Assembly (NCBI GenBank): GCA_963777605.1
Contig: CAVZRV010000031.1
Location: 320,001-384,000 of the forward strand
Origin: an uncultured Acidobacteriota bacterium
GTDB taxonomy: Bacteria; Acidobacteriota; UBA6911; RPQK01; JAPXNP01
DNA length: 64,000 bases
Direction of reading: 5' to 3'
Shown here: positions 1 to 10,230 of the stretch, piece after piece
Layout: each line of letters opens with the position of its first letter
How positions within the stretch are numbered: position 1 is the stretch's first letter
The notes under the pieces: model-generated
The model's database searches: none
Seen by the model: only the letters and a program-made list of their open reading frames with translations
What the model was told of the DNA's origin: nothing
Position numbers and translations under genes: made by a program

Positions 1-72
1 GTTACGCAGTTTTTCCTCTACACATTCCAGACGCTCGGTGTGAATGATGGCTGTAATCTTTTTCCAATTCAT
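1..72 (-). CDS. P-II family regulator, N-terminus only (runs off the window)
   Basis: Not in the ORF track. Minus strand ATG at 72 with a GAGGA RBS gives MNWKKITAIIHTERLECVEEKLRN, matching the P-II start pattern KKI.AII..E.LE.V...L. Divergent from copA. Confidence 0.75.
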   Translation of the reverse strand, partial: MNWKKITAIIHTERLECVEEKLRN

Positions 73-95
73 GGATGTCCTCGAAATCGTTGTGC

Positions 96-111
96 AGCAA
101 TACCTGTTCCA
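96..111 (-). promoter_or_regulatory. sigma54 -24/-12 promoter for the P-II-like gene
   Basis: TGGAAC-AGGTA-TTGCT on the minus strand, versus consensus TGGCAC-N5-TTGCW, 23 nt upstream of the ATG. Confidence 0.65.
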
Positions 112-137
112 ATGGATCTTAGGCCAAGAGCCGTTGG

Positions 138-153
138 TGGAACACAAATTGCT
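138..153 (+). promoter_or_regulatory. sigma54 -24/-12 promoter for copA
   Basis: TGGAAC-ACAAA-TTGCT, 44 nt upstream of the ATG at 198. Confidence 0.65.
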
Positions 154-197
154 CCAGAAAGTAAGAGTTGAGGAAGGTAGAAAGACGAAGGCTAAGA

Positions 198-2654
198 ATG
201 AATATGCAAGCAACCCCAGAATCCGCAAGAGCTGTGAAGGACCCGGTCTGCGGCATGACGGTGGACCCGGAACAGACCGAATTCCGCTCCGAATTTGCCG
301 GAGAACCGGTCTACTTCTGCAGTCAATCGTGCATGGTTAGATTCCGCGAAGACCCGGCAAAGTTCCTGGCAACCGACCAGGATCGGGATCAGGCCGGAAA
401 GCAGCCCTCGAGCGGAGCAAATCTGGAGACGGGGTCCTACACCTGCCCCATGCACCCGGGAATCGAAGAAGAAAGCCCGGGTTCCTGCGTCGAATGCGGG
501 ATGGCCCTGGAGCCCAGGAATCCAACGAACTCAGTTTCCCGAGTTCAATACACCTGCCCGATGCACCCCGAGATCGTCCAGGACGGCCCCGGCACCTGTC
601 CGAAATGCGGGATGGCCCTGGAACCGATGACCGTTGAGGCGGGGGAAGAAGACGACTCCGAACTGCGAGATATGATTCATCGTTTCAAGTTCGCCGTCGC
701 ACTCGCGATACCCGTCCTGTTTCTGGCCATGGGACCGATGATCGGCATTCCGGTGCATCGCTGGATTTCGGCAAGAATCTCCAACTGGCTTGAACTGGCG
801 ATTGCAACACCGGCGATCCTCTGGGCGGGTTGGCCTTTCTTCGTTCGAGGATACTTCTCGGTAAAGAGGATGAACCTGAACATGTTCACCCTCATCGCAC
901 TGGGCACGGGGGTCGCCTGGACCTACAGCGTGGTCGCCACGGTTGCACCGGGGATTTTTCCGGCCGCATTTCGTCACGAAGGTGGTTCGGTTCCCGTCTA
1001 CTTCGAAGCCGCGGCCCTTATCGTCACCCTGGTCCTGCTCGGGCAGGTCCTCGAACTGCGGGCTCGCAAATCGACCAGCGGCGCCATCACGGCCCTATTG
1101 GGACTGGCCGCCAAGACTGCCCGTGTGGTTCACGATGATGGATCCGAAGAGGATATTCCTTTCGAATCGGTCAAGATCGGTAATCACCTGCGAGTGCGCC
1201 CCGGCGAGAAGGTGCCAGTTGACGGCAGAGTGGTTGAAGGAAGGACAACCGTCGATGAGTCCATGATCACCGGAGAGCCGATTCCCGTCGAAAAGAATCC
1301 GGGAGACGAAGTCGTCGGGGCAACCGTCAATCAGACCGGAAGCGTAGTCATAGTCGCGGAGAAAATCGGAAACGATACTGTCCTTGCCCGGATCGTCCAG
1401 ATGGTCAGCGAGGCCCAGCGGAGCCGGGCGCCGATTCAGCGACTGGCCGATCTGGTCGCAGCCTACTTTGTCCCGATTGTTGTCTCAGCCTCGGTAATTA
1501 CATTCATCGTGTGGTCGATCTGGGGCCCCCGTCCGGCCATGGCGTACGCCCTGGTCAATGCCGTTGCCGTCCTGATCATCGCTTGTCCCTGTGCGCTCGG
1601 ACTGGCCACGCCCATGTCGGTCATGGTGGGCGTGGGCAAAGGCGCCCAGAACGGGGTTCTGATCAAGAACGCCGAGGCCCTCGAAGTGATGGAGCAGATC
1701 GACACCCTGGTCGTTGACAAGACCGGAACTCTCACCGAAGGGCGCCCAAAGCTGGTGACGGTTCAGAGTGCCGGTGGGAGATCGGAACAGGAACTGCTTC
1801 GCCTCGCCGCCAGCCTGGAGCGAAATAGTGAACATCCCCTGGCCGCCGCCATCGTCCATGGGGCCGAGGAACAGGGCCTCACCCTGGTCAAAGCGGAGGA
1901 ATTTGACTCGATCACGGGTAAGGGTGTCAAGGGCAATGTCGATGGCCACGCGGTTGCCCTCGGTAACACGAAGATGCTGGAGGAAGTGAACGTCGATCCA
2001 TCTTCCCTCCAGGAAGTTGCGGATCGGCTTCGCGCTGATGGGCAAACTGTCATGTTCGTCTCCGTCGATGGAAAGGCAGCCGGCCTGCTGGGCGTTGCCG
2101 ACCCGATCAAGGAGTCGACTCCCGAAGCGGTCCAACATCTTCACGAGCTTGGCATTGAAATCATCATGCTCACTGGAGACAACCGGACGACCGCAGAAGC
2201 CGTAGCCCACAAGCTGGGAATCGATCGAGTCGAGGCCGAAGTGCTGCCCGATCAAAAAAACCAGGTGGTGCGGAAACTGCAGGCCGAAGGCCGAAAGGTG
2301 GGGATGGCGGGAGACGGCATCAACGATGCCCCGGCACTCGCCCAGGCCGATGTCGGGATCGCCATGGGGAGCGGGACCGACGTGGCGATGGAAAGCGCGG
2401 GAGTCACCTTAATGAAGGGAGACCTTCGAGGCATCTCCAAGGCGACGCAGCTGAGCCGGGCCACCATGCGAAACATTCGCCAGAATCTCTTTTTCGCGTT
2501 TATCTACAATTCCGTAGGTGTGCCGATCGCGGCCGGAGTCCTCTATCCCTTTTTCGGTATTTTGCTCAGCCCGATTATTGCGGCCGCGGCCATGAGCTTC
2601 AGTTCAGTATCAGTCGTGGGCAACGCACTCCGCCTCCGGAACCTGAGGCTCTGA
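198..2654 (+). CDS. copA: Cu(I)-translocating P1B-type ATPase with a YHS domain and two YTCPMHP metal-binding domains
   Basis: DPVCGM..YFCS (YHS); two YTCPMHP..CxxCGMAL motifs; TGE, CPC, DKTGT, HP, GDGIND, YN and MxxSS motifs. Confidence 0.96.
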   Translation: MNMQATPESARAVKDPVCGMTVDPEQTEFRSEFAGEPVYFCSQSCMVRFREDPAKFLATDQDRDQAGKQPSSGANLETGSYTCPMHPGIEEESPGSCVECGMALEPRNPTNSVSRVQYTCPMHPEIVQDGPGTCPKCGMALEPMTVEAGEEDDSELRDMIHRFKFAVALAIPVLFLAMGPMIGIPVHRWISARISNWLELAIATPAILWAGWPFFVRGYFSVKRMNLNMFTLIALGTGVAWTYSVVATVAPGIFPAAFRHEGGSVPVYFEAAALIVTLVLLGQVLELRARKSTSGAITALLGLAAKTARVVHDDGSEEDIPFESVKIGNHLRVRPGEKVPVDGRVVEGRTTVDESMITGEPIPVEKNPGDEVVGATVNQTGSVVIVAEKIGNDTVLARIVQMVSEAQRSRAPIQRLADLVAAYFVPIVVSASVITFIVWSIWGPRPAMAYALVNAVAVLIIACPCALGLATPMSVMVGVGKGAQNGVLIKNAEALEVMEQIDTLVVDKTGTLTEGRPKLVTVQSAGGRSEQELLRLAASLERNSEHPLAAAIVHGAEEQGLTLVKAEEFDSITGKGVKGNVDGHAVALGNTKMLEEVNVDPSSLQEVADRLRADGQTVMFVSVDGKAAGLLGVADPIKESTPEAVQHLHELGIEIIMLTGDNRTTAEAVAHKLGIDRVEAEVLPDQKNQVVRKLQAEGRKVGMAGDGINDAPALAQADVGIAMGSGTDVAMESAGVTLMKGDLRGISKATQLSRATMRNIRQNLFFAFIYNSVGVPIAAGVLYPFFGILLSPIIAAAAMSFSSVSVVGNALRLRNLRL

Positions 2655-2732
2655 GCCCAACGTCGCTCAACAATTGCCTGCAAAACCGTATCCGAAAACC
2701 GAAACGAATCAAACAGGGAGCTGAATTCAATC

Positions 2733-3664
2733 ATGAGAACCATCAAATTGCTGATCTTCGTCAATCTTCCTATTTCCATCTGACCACCGCTGCATTCGCC
2801 CAGATGGGAGGAGGCATGGGACCCGGAGGAGAGCCCGGTTCTTTCTACGGATGGCAGGGACACGAGTTGCAGGACAACGTGATCCTGCCCCAGATCGCCG
2901 TGGGCGAATCGGTGAGCATGACCCTTATCTTCAGCAACATGGGCAGCCCCCAGCAAATGGGCTGGCTCGTCGATGAACAGGACTACACGGTTCACGCGAC
3001 CCTGAGGTTCTTCGCCAGCAATGGTGGTCCGCTGACCGTCAAAGTGAACGGGGTGACGGATTCGGAGTTCCCCCTCACGTTGGGCCCCTCCGGAATCTCC
3101 TACATGGATGTTTCAGCCCCGGCCGGAAGTGACATCCAAAAGGGTTGGCTCCTCGTGGAGGCTGATGACTCGAACCAGAGTAATTGGGGATACATGGACG
3201 GGCAGGGCATGTTCCGCGGCCGGCGCATCATGGTTTCGGCCTACTACTCGATCTTCGGACCCTCGGGTGACCTCTTGAGTCAGGTCGCCGTCCGGCCGAC
3301 CACTTTCGTCCATGGGACCTTCAGCAATTCAACCATGCCGGCACAGCTCAGACAGACCACGAGCGGGCTTGTCCGTACCGGGATCGCGATCGTCAACACG
3401 AGCGCTGACGATGCCGTTGTCAATCTGAGACTGATCGGGACTGACGGCCAGGAAGTCGCCACCACCGCGATCAGCATCCCGGCCGGAGGTCAGCTGGCCC
3501 GGTTCCTTGACGAATTGTTCGCATCGGTTCCAGCTGCTTTCCAGGGAGCCCTCGAATTATCAACCGATGGTGACGGGATTGTGACCATGGGACTCCTGCA
3601 GACTGGCCTGGTCACGACATCCCTCCCAGTTCATCACTACGGGAGCTGGACAGCCACCCAGTGA
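2733..3664 (+). CDS. Secreted protein with a Met/Gly-rich N-terminus and a beta-sandwich domain; apparent frameshift in the signal peptide
   Basis: GGGAG RBS and ATG at 2733 (MRTIKLLIFV), which joins ..TTAAFAQ-MGGGMG after a one-base shift near 2760-2780. Body corresponds to ORF 2804..3664. Confidence 0.7.
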
Positions 3665-4289
3665 GGACCGCTGAAGAAATCGATCGCAGCGAAACCCGCG
3701 GGGGCGCGTCCTTTCGCATGGCCCGCCAGGGTCGCACATCGAAAAAGCCGACTCCGACGACCGTGAGAAGGATGGAGATCACGACAAGCCCGGAGAGGGA
3801 GACGAAAACCGCTTTTCGAAGCTGAGCTGCGGTATCCTGACGCCGCCGATGCTCCAGCCACCCGGCAAGGACCGCGGCACTGAACGCCACGATCCAGGCG
3901 ATGCCGATTTCGGGCTGGTTCTTGCCCAGGAAGTACTCGTGAACCGTGGGCAGGGTGTTGCGGATGAAGATGTAAACGAGAATGTCCGTCACCCATCAAA
4001 AGGCGAGCAAATATCCTCCCAAGACCACGCCGTGTCGCAAAGGTCGCTTCGTATTGATCCACCTGAAATAAAGAAGGCGGGCGAACAGATTCACCCCGAT
4101 GACGTCGAGGAGATTGATCACGCCATAGTAAACGAACAGGTCCGAGGTTTTGAGGTAAGTGAGGCCATTGACTTTCTGGACGGGAAAGACGAACCACAAA
4201 TAGAATCCCGCAACCCCCAGGATTCCTGCAATCGCCAGGACCACCAGCGTCATCAAGCAGAGCTTCTTCCAGAGGGGATCGTCCTCCAT
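3612..4289 (-). CDS. Polytopic membrane protein interrupted by an in-frame TGA at 3996-3998
   Basis: GAGGAG RBS and ATG at 4289. ORFs 3996..4403 and 3612..3992 share a frame: LLAF-TGA-W-VTDILVY. Hydrophobic helices continue on both sides. Confidence 0.65.
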
Positions 4290-4353
4290 TATCTGTTCTC
4301 CTCGCGTCAGTCGCGACTGCCATCCGAAGCGGCGGTCGACTCTCCGGCTGGAC

Positions 4354-5325
4354 TCAATCGTTGGTGTGGCCGAGGGTCTCCTGGATCTGTCGCCACGTGA
4401 CAAGCGTGATATTCTCCCGGCGCAGGAGTTCGCCGAACTCGACGCTGGTCAGGTAGTCCAGTTCCTGTTGTCTCCACGAAGCGCCATAATCGGAGTCACC
4501 CGCAATTCCCCTCAGTTCCTGATCGTCCGTGCCCAGGTGGACAATGAGTTGGGACACCCCCGGTCGCAGGCCCCCAATTGCACGCCTGTAGTAGGCAGGC
4601 CAGCCGCTCGCTGCTTCTTCGGGGGTTATCGACAGGACATCGTCGATCAGAACATCGCCGGGCTCGAGAAAGGACTCCCAGTCGGGAGCCGCAACGGCCA
4701 CCCGCTGACGGATCATTGCGAAGATCTGTTTCGAAAGCAGGATCGGTACTCCCGTTTCCCGCCCGACCTTCAGGTAGGCCTGAAACAGACCCGATCGAAG
4801 GAATAGTAGAAACTGATGCGAGTCCAGGTGGGTGGGCTCGATGCCGATGGTCCGAGCCAGGCCGACTTGCGCCCTGAGCTCGGTTTCCGCTTCGTGCGGA
4901 TCGATCTGGGCCAGCGCCTCGCGAATCGGGAGGAAATAGCCGAATGGGTTGATCAGGCTGGTGACATCAGTTTTTGAGGCCACAGGACCCCATTTGAAAG
5001 GATGCCATTCGCTGGTCAACGTCAGATGAAGGCCCACATCCGTCCCGGGATTGTCTCCGACGTAGTCTGCGACCTCCGGAAGCCAGGGACAGGGCACCAT
5101 GACGCTTGCCGAAGTCACGCGGCCCGATTCCAGGGCGCGGAACGTTGCCGTGTTTACCGCGTGGGCAACCCCGACATCGTCGGCATGAACAATGAGAAGC
5201 TTGTCACTACGCGAATAGCCCAATCGTTCTGCCAGGCTCGATTCGCGCGCCTGAGCCAGGGACGGGCCCATCAGGCTTACCGCGACAACGAAAATGATGG
5301 CGTTGGGCGAGATTCTCTTCTTCAC
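4354..5325 (-). CDS. YdjC/ChbG-family carbohydrate deacetylase, secreted
   Basis: LIVHADDVG, SASVMVPCPW, DVGLHLTLTSEW, PTHLDSH motifs; signal peptide from the GTG at 5325. Confidence 0.88.
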   Translation of the reverse strand: MKKRISPNAIIFVVAVSLMGPSLAQARESSLAERLGYSRSDKLLIVHADDVGVAHAVNTATFRALESGRVTSASVMVPCPWLPEVADYVGDNPGTDVGLHLTLTSEWHPFKWGPVASKTDVTSLINPFGYFLPIREALAQIDPHEAETELRAQVGLARTIGIEPTHLDSHQFLLFLRSGLFQAYLKVGRETGVPILLSKQIFAMIRQRVAVAAPDWESFLEPGDVLIDDVLSITPEEAASGWPAYYRRAIGGLRPGVSQLIVHLGTDDQELRGIAGDSDYGASWRQQELDYLTSVEFGELLRRENITLVTWRQIQETLGHTND

Positions 5326-5347
5326 AGCGTCACCTCCCTGAACCGAA

Positions 5348-5842
5348 TCACTCCTGTCTTTCGAAGACCAGTTCTTGCTGGTCTTCACCGGACATGGCGA
5401 GCAGCCGGCGGGTGATCGTGAGTTTCCGGCCGTCTTCCGACAGGGTCCAGCGATCCACTAACTCGGGATAGAAAGGATCCATCGCCAGGCTGCTCCTGAC
5501 CACGAGTACGTCGCCGTCCCAGGCCAGCTTGCTGGTCAGAATGTACCCTTCGAGTTCATTGCGACACTCGGAGCCATCCGTGAGGTAGGTCAGATCCGCG
5601 CGGATCTCGCCCGAACCGCCCTGCTGGACCAACTCGATCTTGAGGACGGATCCGGCGTGATCGATGGTCTGGATCACTTCGTAAGGACCGAACAGCGTCC
5701 CCGATTCCTTCAGGAAGCCCAGGGCACTTTCCTGAGGGTTCATTCTCCATGTACCAGTGTAATTGGGTTCGGCAAGTGCGGCGACAGTCATCGTGTGGAG
5801 GGTTGTGAGGATAAGGAGGGCCTTGATTCTGGTGATCATCAT
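5348..5842 (-). CDS. Secreted hypothetical protein (lipocalin-like beta-barrel)
   Basis: Signal peptide; NYTGTW..N and WTLSEDGRKLTI patterns. Confidence 0.65.
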   Translation of the reverse strand: MMITRIKALLILTTLHTMTVAALAEPNYTGTWRMNPQESALGFLKESGTLFGPYEVIQTIDHAGSVLKIELVQQGGSGEIRADLTYLTDGSECRNELEGYILTSKLAWDGDVLVVRSSLAMDPFYPELVDRWTLSEDGRKLTITRRLLAMSGEDQQELVFERQE

Positions 5843-6233
5843 TCTCGGCTCCAGTTCTTCGGTCTCAAGAAAGACTTCCAGGTCTCCCTCGAAGCTTTCC
5901 TACTCTCTAAACGTTCAGTTTGCCTATTCATTAACAACAAATAGATAAGTGAAATGACGAACAGGCCGCGCATGACTGATGGAATCAGGTGGCGTCTTGG
6001 GACAACGAGAACGAGGCTCTTGAAGAGCGATTCGGACGAAGGAACTATTCAATGGTCTTGATACAGCGGAAAATGAGTCTGGGCCTTCGGCGAGAGATTC
6101 CAACGGGCAGGTTACCGGGGGCAAGATCCCGAAGCCGTCACGCCATCCGGACGGCTGCAAACCATCCAATTCTCCCGATCCAAATTATCCAGGTTCTCCA
6201 GTTCAGCCAGGGTTTCCAAATTGGCGTTTCAGG

Positions 6234-6883
6234 TCAAACCAGGCCGGGGACGATCAGAAAAAACAGGACCACAACCAACCCAACTGCAACCGCAAATATC
6301 CCGGTGACACCCGTTCTCGCCGCCCTGCAGCGATCCATAGATAGAACCCGCTCAAGGCCCAGAAAATGAGTGCGGCGGAAAGCAGATCCATGGTGGCCGT
6401 CCACGCGCTGGTTACAATCCAGTCGCGCTCTCGGCCACCGTTCTCGAGATCAACCCCGTTGAAGGTGTGAAGCATGGAGACGAGTCCGAAACTATCCGTC
6501 GACGTTTCGTCGATCTCGACAAGTCCGGCGGCCTTATCAATCACGATCCGCGTAATGAAAGCCGGGCGGGCGACGGTGAGGCTATACCCGTCTGTGTTTG
6601 AGGACCAGGAGATCGACTCGAGTTCACCGGATATGCCCAACGCATTCATGAGCTCCACGGCGCGATCTTCGTCCTTTGCGGCCGTCAACTCCGGCAGGGG
6701 GACTCGGCGGTGGGTGGTTGTTCTCCTCCCCCAGAACTGGGATATCTGCCACTGGGGATGATTCAACATCAAGCCCGAGAACACAAAGATCCAAAGTTCC
6801 GCGAGCAGAAAGAGACCAACCAGGTAATGAAACCGCCTGGCCTGAACGAACAGTTTGCGAGAGCTCTTGATTGCCATGATCAA
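6234..6883 (-). CDS. PepSY-associated TM helix protein (C-terminal frameshift near 6310)
   Basis: HYLVGLF..SGLMLNH, MLHTF, DL..ALSGFYLW. The final TM helix VTGIFAVAVGLVVVLFFLIVPGLV* lies in the adjacent frame. Confidence 0.75.
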
Positions 6884-6886
6884 AGG

Positions 6887-7561
6887 TCATCCGAGCATCA
6901 GGACGAGGAGTACGTTCAGCGCCACTATTCCGAGAAACGCGAAGACGAGGCCGAGCCTCCTTTCACCAGGCAGACGAATCCAGAGGTAGATCCCGGTGAA
7001 AGACAGTAGGAAGACGCCGACCACCGAAAAATCGGTCACGTCCCGCCAGATTTTCAAAACCCACCAGTTGCCTCGAATTGACGCAACGTGGGGACCGGGC
7101 CGTTTGTGAAGGTATAGGATCCGGTCCAGTGCAGAGATTTTCCGTGTCAGGATTCGCGCCTTCCGATTCCTGGTGTCAACCCGAATCTCTATCCGCTGGG
7201 TCGGCTTCGACATCATCACCAGGACCTCTGCCTGCGCCGGACGCTTCTGGATCCAGTCCACCTCACCGTCGACTCCGGCCTGGGCCGCTACGGCCTGCGC
7301 CAATGGGAGACCGTCGAGGTCGGGCACGGTCAGGTTGGATACCGTTCTGACTCGAGGCTCATCAACCGTTTGCGACTCACCTGGATGGTTCAGGATGAGT
7401 GTGCTGAGGGCAAAAACAAGAAGAACAGGCGCCAGCACCAAACCCAAATGACGATGGACTCGAAGAGACCAGATTCGGACAAAACTGCGCACACCCGGTT
7501 GACTCAAATCGATTCCAGTATTGGATGCTCCGAAACTCGCCGACCCCGACGGACATTGCAC
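6887..7561 (-). CDS. PepSY-associated TM helix protein (start uncertain)
   Basis: HRHLGL..STLILNH, LHKRPGPH, TGIYLW; paralog of the downstream gene. Confidence 0.75.
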   Translation of the reverse strand: MQCPSGSASFGASNTGIDLSQPGVRSFVRIWSLRVHRHLGLVLAPVLLVFALSTLILNHPGESQTVDEPRVRTVSNLTVPDLDGLPLAQAVAAQAGVDGEVDWIQKRPAQAEVLVMMSKPTQRIEIRVDTRNRKARILTRKISALDRILYLHKRPGPHVASIRGNWWVLKIWRDVTDFSVVGVFLLSFTGIYLWIRLPGERRLGLVFAFLGIVALNVLLVLMLG

Positions 7562-7603
7562 GCAGTTAGCGCGTCGTGGATCCGCAACCCAGGGCTGAAC
7601 AAC

Positions 7604-8326
7604 TTACTTCGACGCGACCACTTCAGCTCCGAGAACCCTTGGGTTCTTGGAGCGAGCGTTTCGAAACGTCCTCAGCAGTCGAGCCTCGCGGAAGCCGGCT
7701 CGTTTGAACTCTTCGAGGAAGGCTCCGCCTTCCCTGGCACCGGCGATTCAGGAGAACCAGTTTTCCGGTGCTGCCTCCACGGGAGCGGATGCCCCGTCTA
7801 TTGCGATCAACTCCGCCGCGAATACCTGTCCACCCGGCTTGACGACCCGGCCCAGTTCACGAAAGATACTGCTTCGATCCAGGTTCAGGTTGAAGATCCC
7901 GTTGACGAGAACCACGTCCACGGATTCGCTCGCGATCGGAAGAGATTCCGCGTCACCCGCCAGAAAATCCAGGTTCTGAATCCCAAGATCCTGCGCCGAA
8001 GCCCCTGCCTTGCGAACCATCGCCCTGCTGAAGTCGAGTCCAATTACGTGCCCCCCGGGACCAACCCTGCCAGCGGTCACGAAGGAATCCAGGCCCGCTC
8101 CGCATCCCAGATCCAGCACCGTCGAACATTCACTGATTTCAGCGACGATCGCGATATTGGAGACTCCTGTGAACGAAGCCTTTACCTGGTCAGGCAAGGC
8201 ATCAAGAACCTCCTGCGGATACCCAACGCTCGCCGCAAACCATTCTCCGCAGGGAAACGGCTGCTTCTTCGAGGGCTCGTCCGCTACCTCGGAATAAACG
8301 TCTCTGACTTGTTGTCGAATGCTCAT
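7604..8326 (-). CDS. ArsM-fold SAM methyltransferase, probable selenoprotein (UGA at 7748-7750 read as Sec)
   Basis: VLDLGCGAGLD SAM motif. Reading through TGA gives NWFS-U-IAGA..FLEEFKRAGF..VVASK* (47 more codons to TAA at 7604), aligning with the ArsM C-IAGA..AGF segment. A hairpin follows the UGA. Confidence 0.85.
7714..7750 (-). promoter_or_regulatory. Bacterial SECIS-like stem-loop
   Basis: UGA-AUCGCCGGUGCCAG-GGAAGGC-GGA-GCCUUCC: a 7-bp stem whose G-starting apical loop lies 21 nt after the UGA. Confidence 0.7.
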
Positions 8327-8872
8327 TCCCTTTGTCACGACTTTCGAAACACGCACACTCCCAGTGAGCTGAAATTCAGAACTGGATGATCGGTGAATTG
8401 GGACCACCGATTGGATCAGTTTAACAAACAGATCTAAATCACACGCTGCAGGAGACAGACCACGCCGTCTCGAAACTCCGGCCTGGGACAGAAAACATGA
8501 CCTGCTGCGAAGTCAACCTGGCGGAGTCATCGTCAGAGCCCCTTCGCACCGCGCCGCAAAGAGATCATTCAGAGGGCGAAGCTGACTACCCTCCCGTTCG
8601 ATTGCAAATGCCATTTCGCCCTCCGGGCTTTAGCCCCCAATCGTCCATCGTCGTCGTGGAACGCGGAAGCTTCTCCCTGAAACTCGAAGATCGGTACCAC
8701 GCGGCTCCCGATACTGAACTCACCACTCCCCTAGAAGAAGGCAGGTGTTCAACCCCAGAATCCTCTAGGTTCTCCAGTTCATCCGAACCGAAGTTCCAGA
8801 GGGACCACGGAAGCACAACCCTGTTGGATTTGCTGGTGAACATTGCTGCATATCCAACAGTGCCTCCTTGAC

Positions 8873-8984
8873 GGACAAGTGTCCAAAAGGACTCGCCGTC
8901 GAACCTTCAAAGACATAAGACATTCAAAATCAATTGTTTAATCGAAGGTACGAAGGAGAGGACGTATTTGGTACAGGCATTGCA
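8873..8984 (+). promoter_or_regulatory. sigma54 promoter with an IHF site and upstream activator-like palindromes
   Basis: GGACA-AG-TGTCC and GTCC-AAAA-GGAC (8873-8892); AATCAATTGTTTA = WATCAAN4TTR (8928-8940); TGGTAC-AGGCA-TTGCA (8969-8984). Confidence 0.75.
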
Positions 8985-9085
8985 ACCTTTGATCCCGAGT
9001 ATCGAACACGGCCCCGGGACGCTGCCTCAGTGAAAAACACGTTCCTCGGGCTCCGGTTCAAAACAGAATTCTCAGGAGAACACAG

Positions 9086-9559
9086 ATGAAGCAAAGATCG
9101 GTGAAGCGAACCCTGATGGCATTAGCAGTTCTCGCGTCGGTCAGCCTGGCCTGGGCCGAACCTGCAGACAAGTCAGTGGACATGATCCTTGGTGACTACT
9201 TCAAGATTCAGTCGGCCCTGGCTCAAGACAATACGACCGGCATTGACGGTGCCGCCCAGGCGATTCAGAAGACCGCCGAATCGGTCGAGACAACAGATCC
9301 TGAGGTCAAGACCCTGGTGACGCAAATCCAGTCAGCCGCCGAGAAAATCCAGGGGCAAAACCTGGAGGCGGCTCGAGGAACCTTCTTCGAACTGACCCGA
9401 CCGCTTCTCGCATACCTCAACAAGTTCCATTCGAGTAAAGACAGCTACTACCGCTTCTTCTGCCCAATGGCCAAGAAAGCGTGGATCCAGTCCGACAACG
9501 ATACCCGCAACCCGTACTACGGCAGTTCCATGCTCAAGTGTGGCCAGCTGATCACGTAA
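9086..9559 (+). CDS. DUF3347-type periplasmic metal-binding protein
   Basis: Signal peptide; Y..IQ.ALA.D; FCPMA..W.Q..RNPYYGSSMLKCG. Confidence 0.85.
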   Translation: MKQRSVKRTLMALAVLASVSLAWAEPADKSVDMILGDYFKIQSALAQDNTTGIDGAAQAIQKTAESVETTDPEVKTLVTQIQSAAEKIQGQNLEAARGTFFELTRPLLAYLNKFHSSKDSYYRFFCPMAKKAWIQSDNDTRNPYYGSSMLKCGQLIT

Positions 9560-9659
9560 TCAACGCGATTCTTCGGCTCTGAGGGCCGGGCTGACTTAAA
9601 ACTTCATTTTGGAGCTTGGACACTGGGTCGACTTGAAACGTGGAATGGCACGGACACAG

Positions 9660-10230
9660 AGCCGGGGGTAAGGCGAAGCCGCGCCCCCGGGTGCGCGGAC
9701 CCAGTTTCACTCTCTGAATGATCCGCGCAGGGCGCGGGGGCGGGGCTGGCCTGAGGCTTCAATTTGATGAACTGGAAATCCTGGATGATTTGGACGCGTT
9801 TGGATGGAAATTGGGCGATCGGTGGAGAGCCAGGGACGCGGTTATCGGCTGGCTCCTGGATCCTGGCCCGGTGCCAGACGTGGATGAGTGATGATCACAG
9901 GATCGGCGCCGGGCTGGCCCCTGAAGGGGGCCTGTTTCCAGGCCCACCCATCAAGAATCCAGCCCTGAAGGGGGCCTGTTTCCGGCCCACCCATCAAGAA
10001 TCCAGCCCTGAAGGGCTGACACTCGTCGGACGGGGTGAATCCGGGGCGCGACCTTACAGGCCGCAAACGAAGTGCGGGACCACAGACCCAGGGCAAGCCC
10101 TGGGCTGAAACCAAGGCGCCTTCAGCGCCCGACCCAGTTTCACTTTGCGAATGGTTTGGCGCCGCCCGGCCCAGTTTCACTCTCTGAATGGTTTCCGCGC
10201 GCGGAGGGGGCCGGGCTGAGACGGCAGCGC
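9660..10230. repeat. REP/MITE-like repeat cluster
   Basis: A 43-44 bp tandem unit CCCTGAAGGGGGCCTGTTTCC(A)GGCCCACCCATCAAGAATCCAG x2 plus a third start (about 9920-10016); CCCAGGGC-AA-GCCCTGGG hairpin; CCCAGTTTCACT..GAATG x3 (about 9700, 10133, 10170). Confidence 0.7.

Noticed and set aside
5900-5950. CTAAACGTTCAG TetR-like operator upstream of the 5842 gene
   Set aside because: A short imperfect palindrome with no regulator gene nearby; too weak to call.
8497-8871. Short ORFs on both strands between the methyltransferase and DUF3347
   Set aside because: No recognisable motifs. A minus-strand AAGGAGG leads only to a roughly 30-codon frame that I cannot support.
9646-9661. TGGCAC as a sigma54 promoter
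   Set aside because: No TTGC -12 element at the required spacing.
9920-10016. Tandem 43-44 bp units as a CRISPR array
   Set aside because: The units are identical with no unique spacers, and no cas genes are present.
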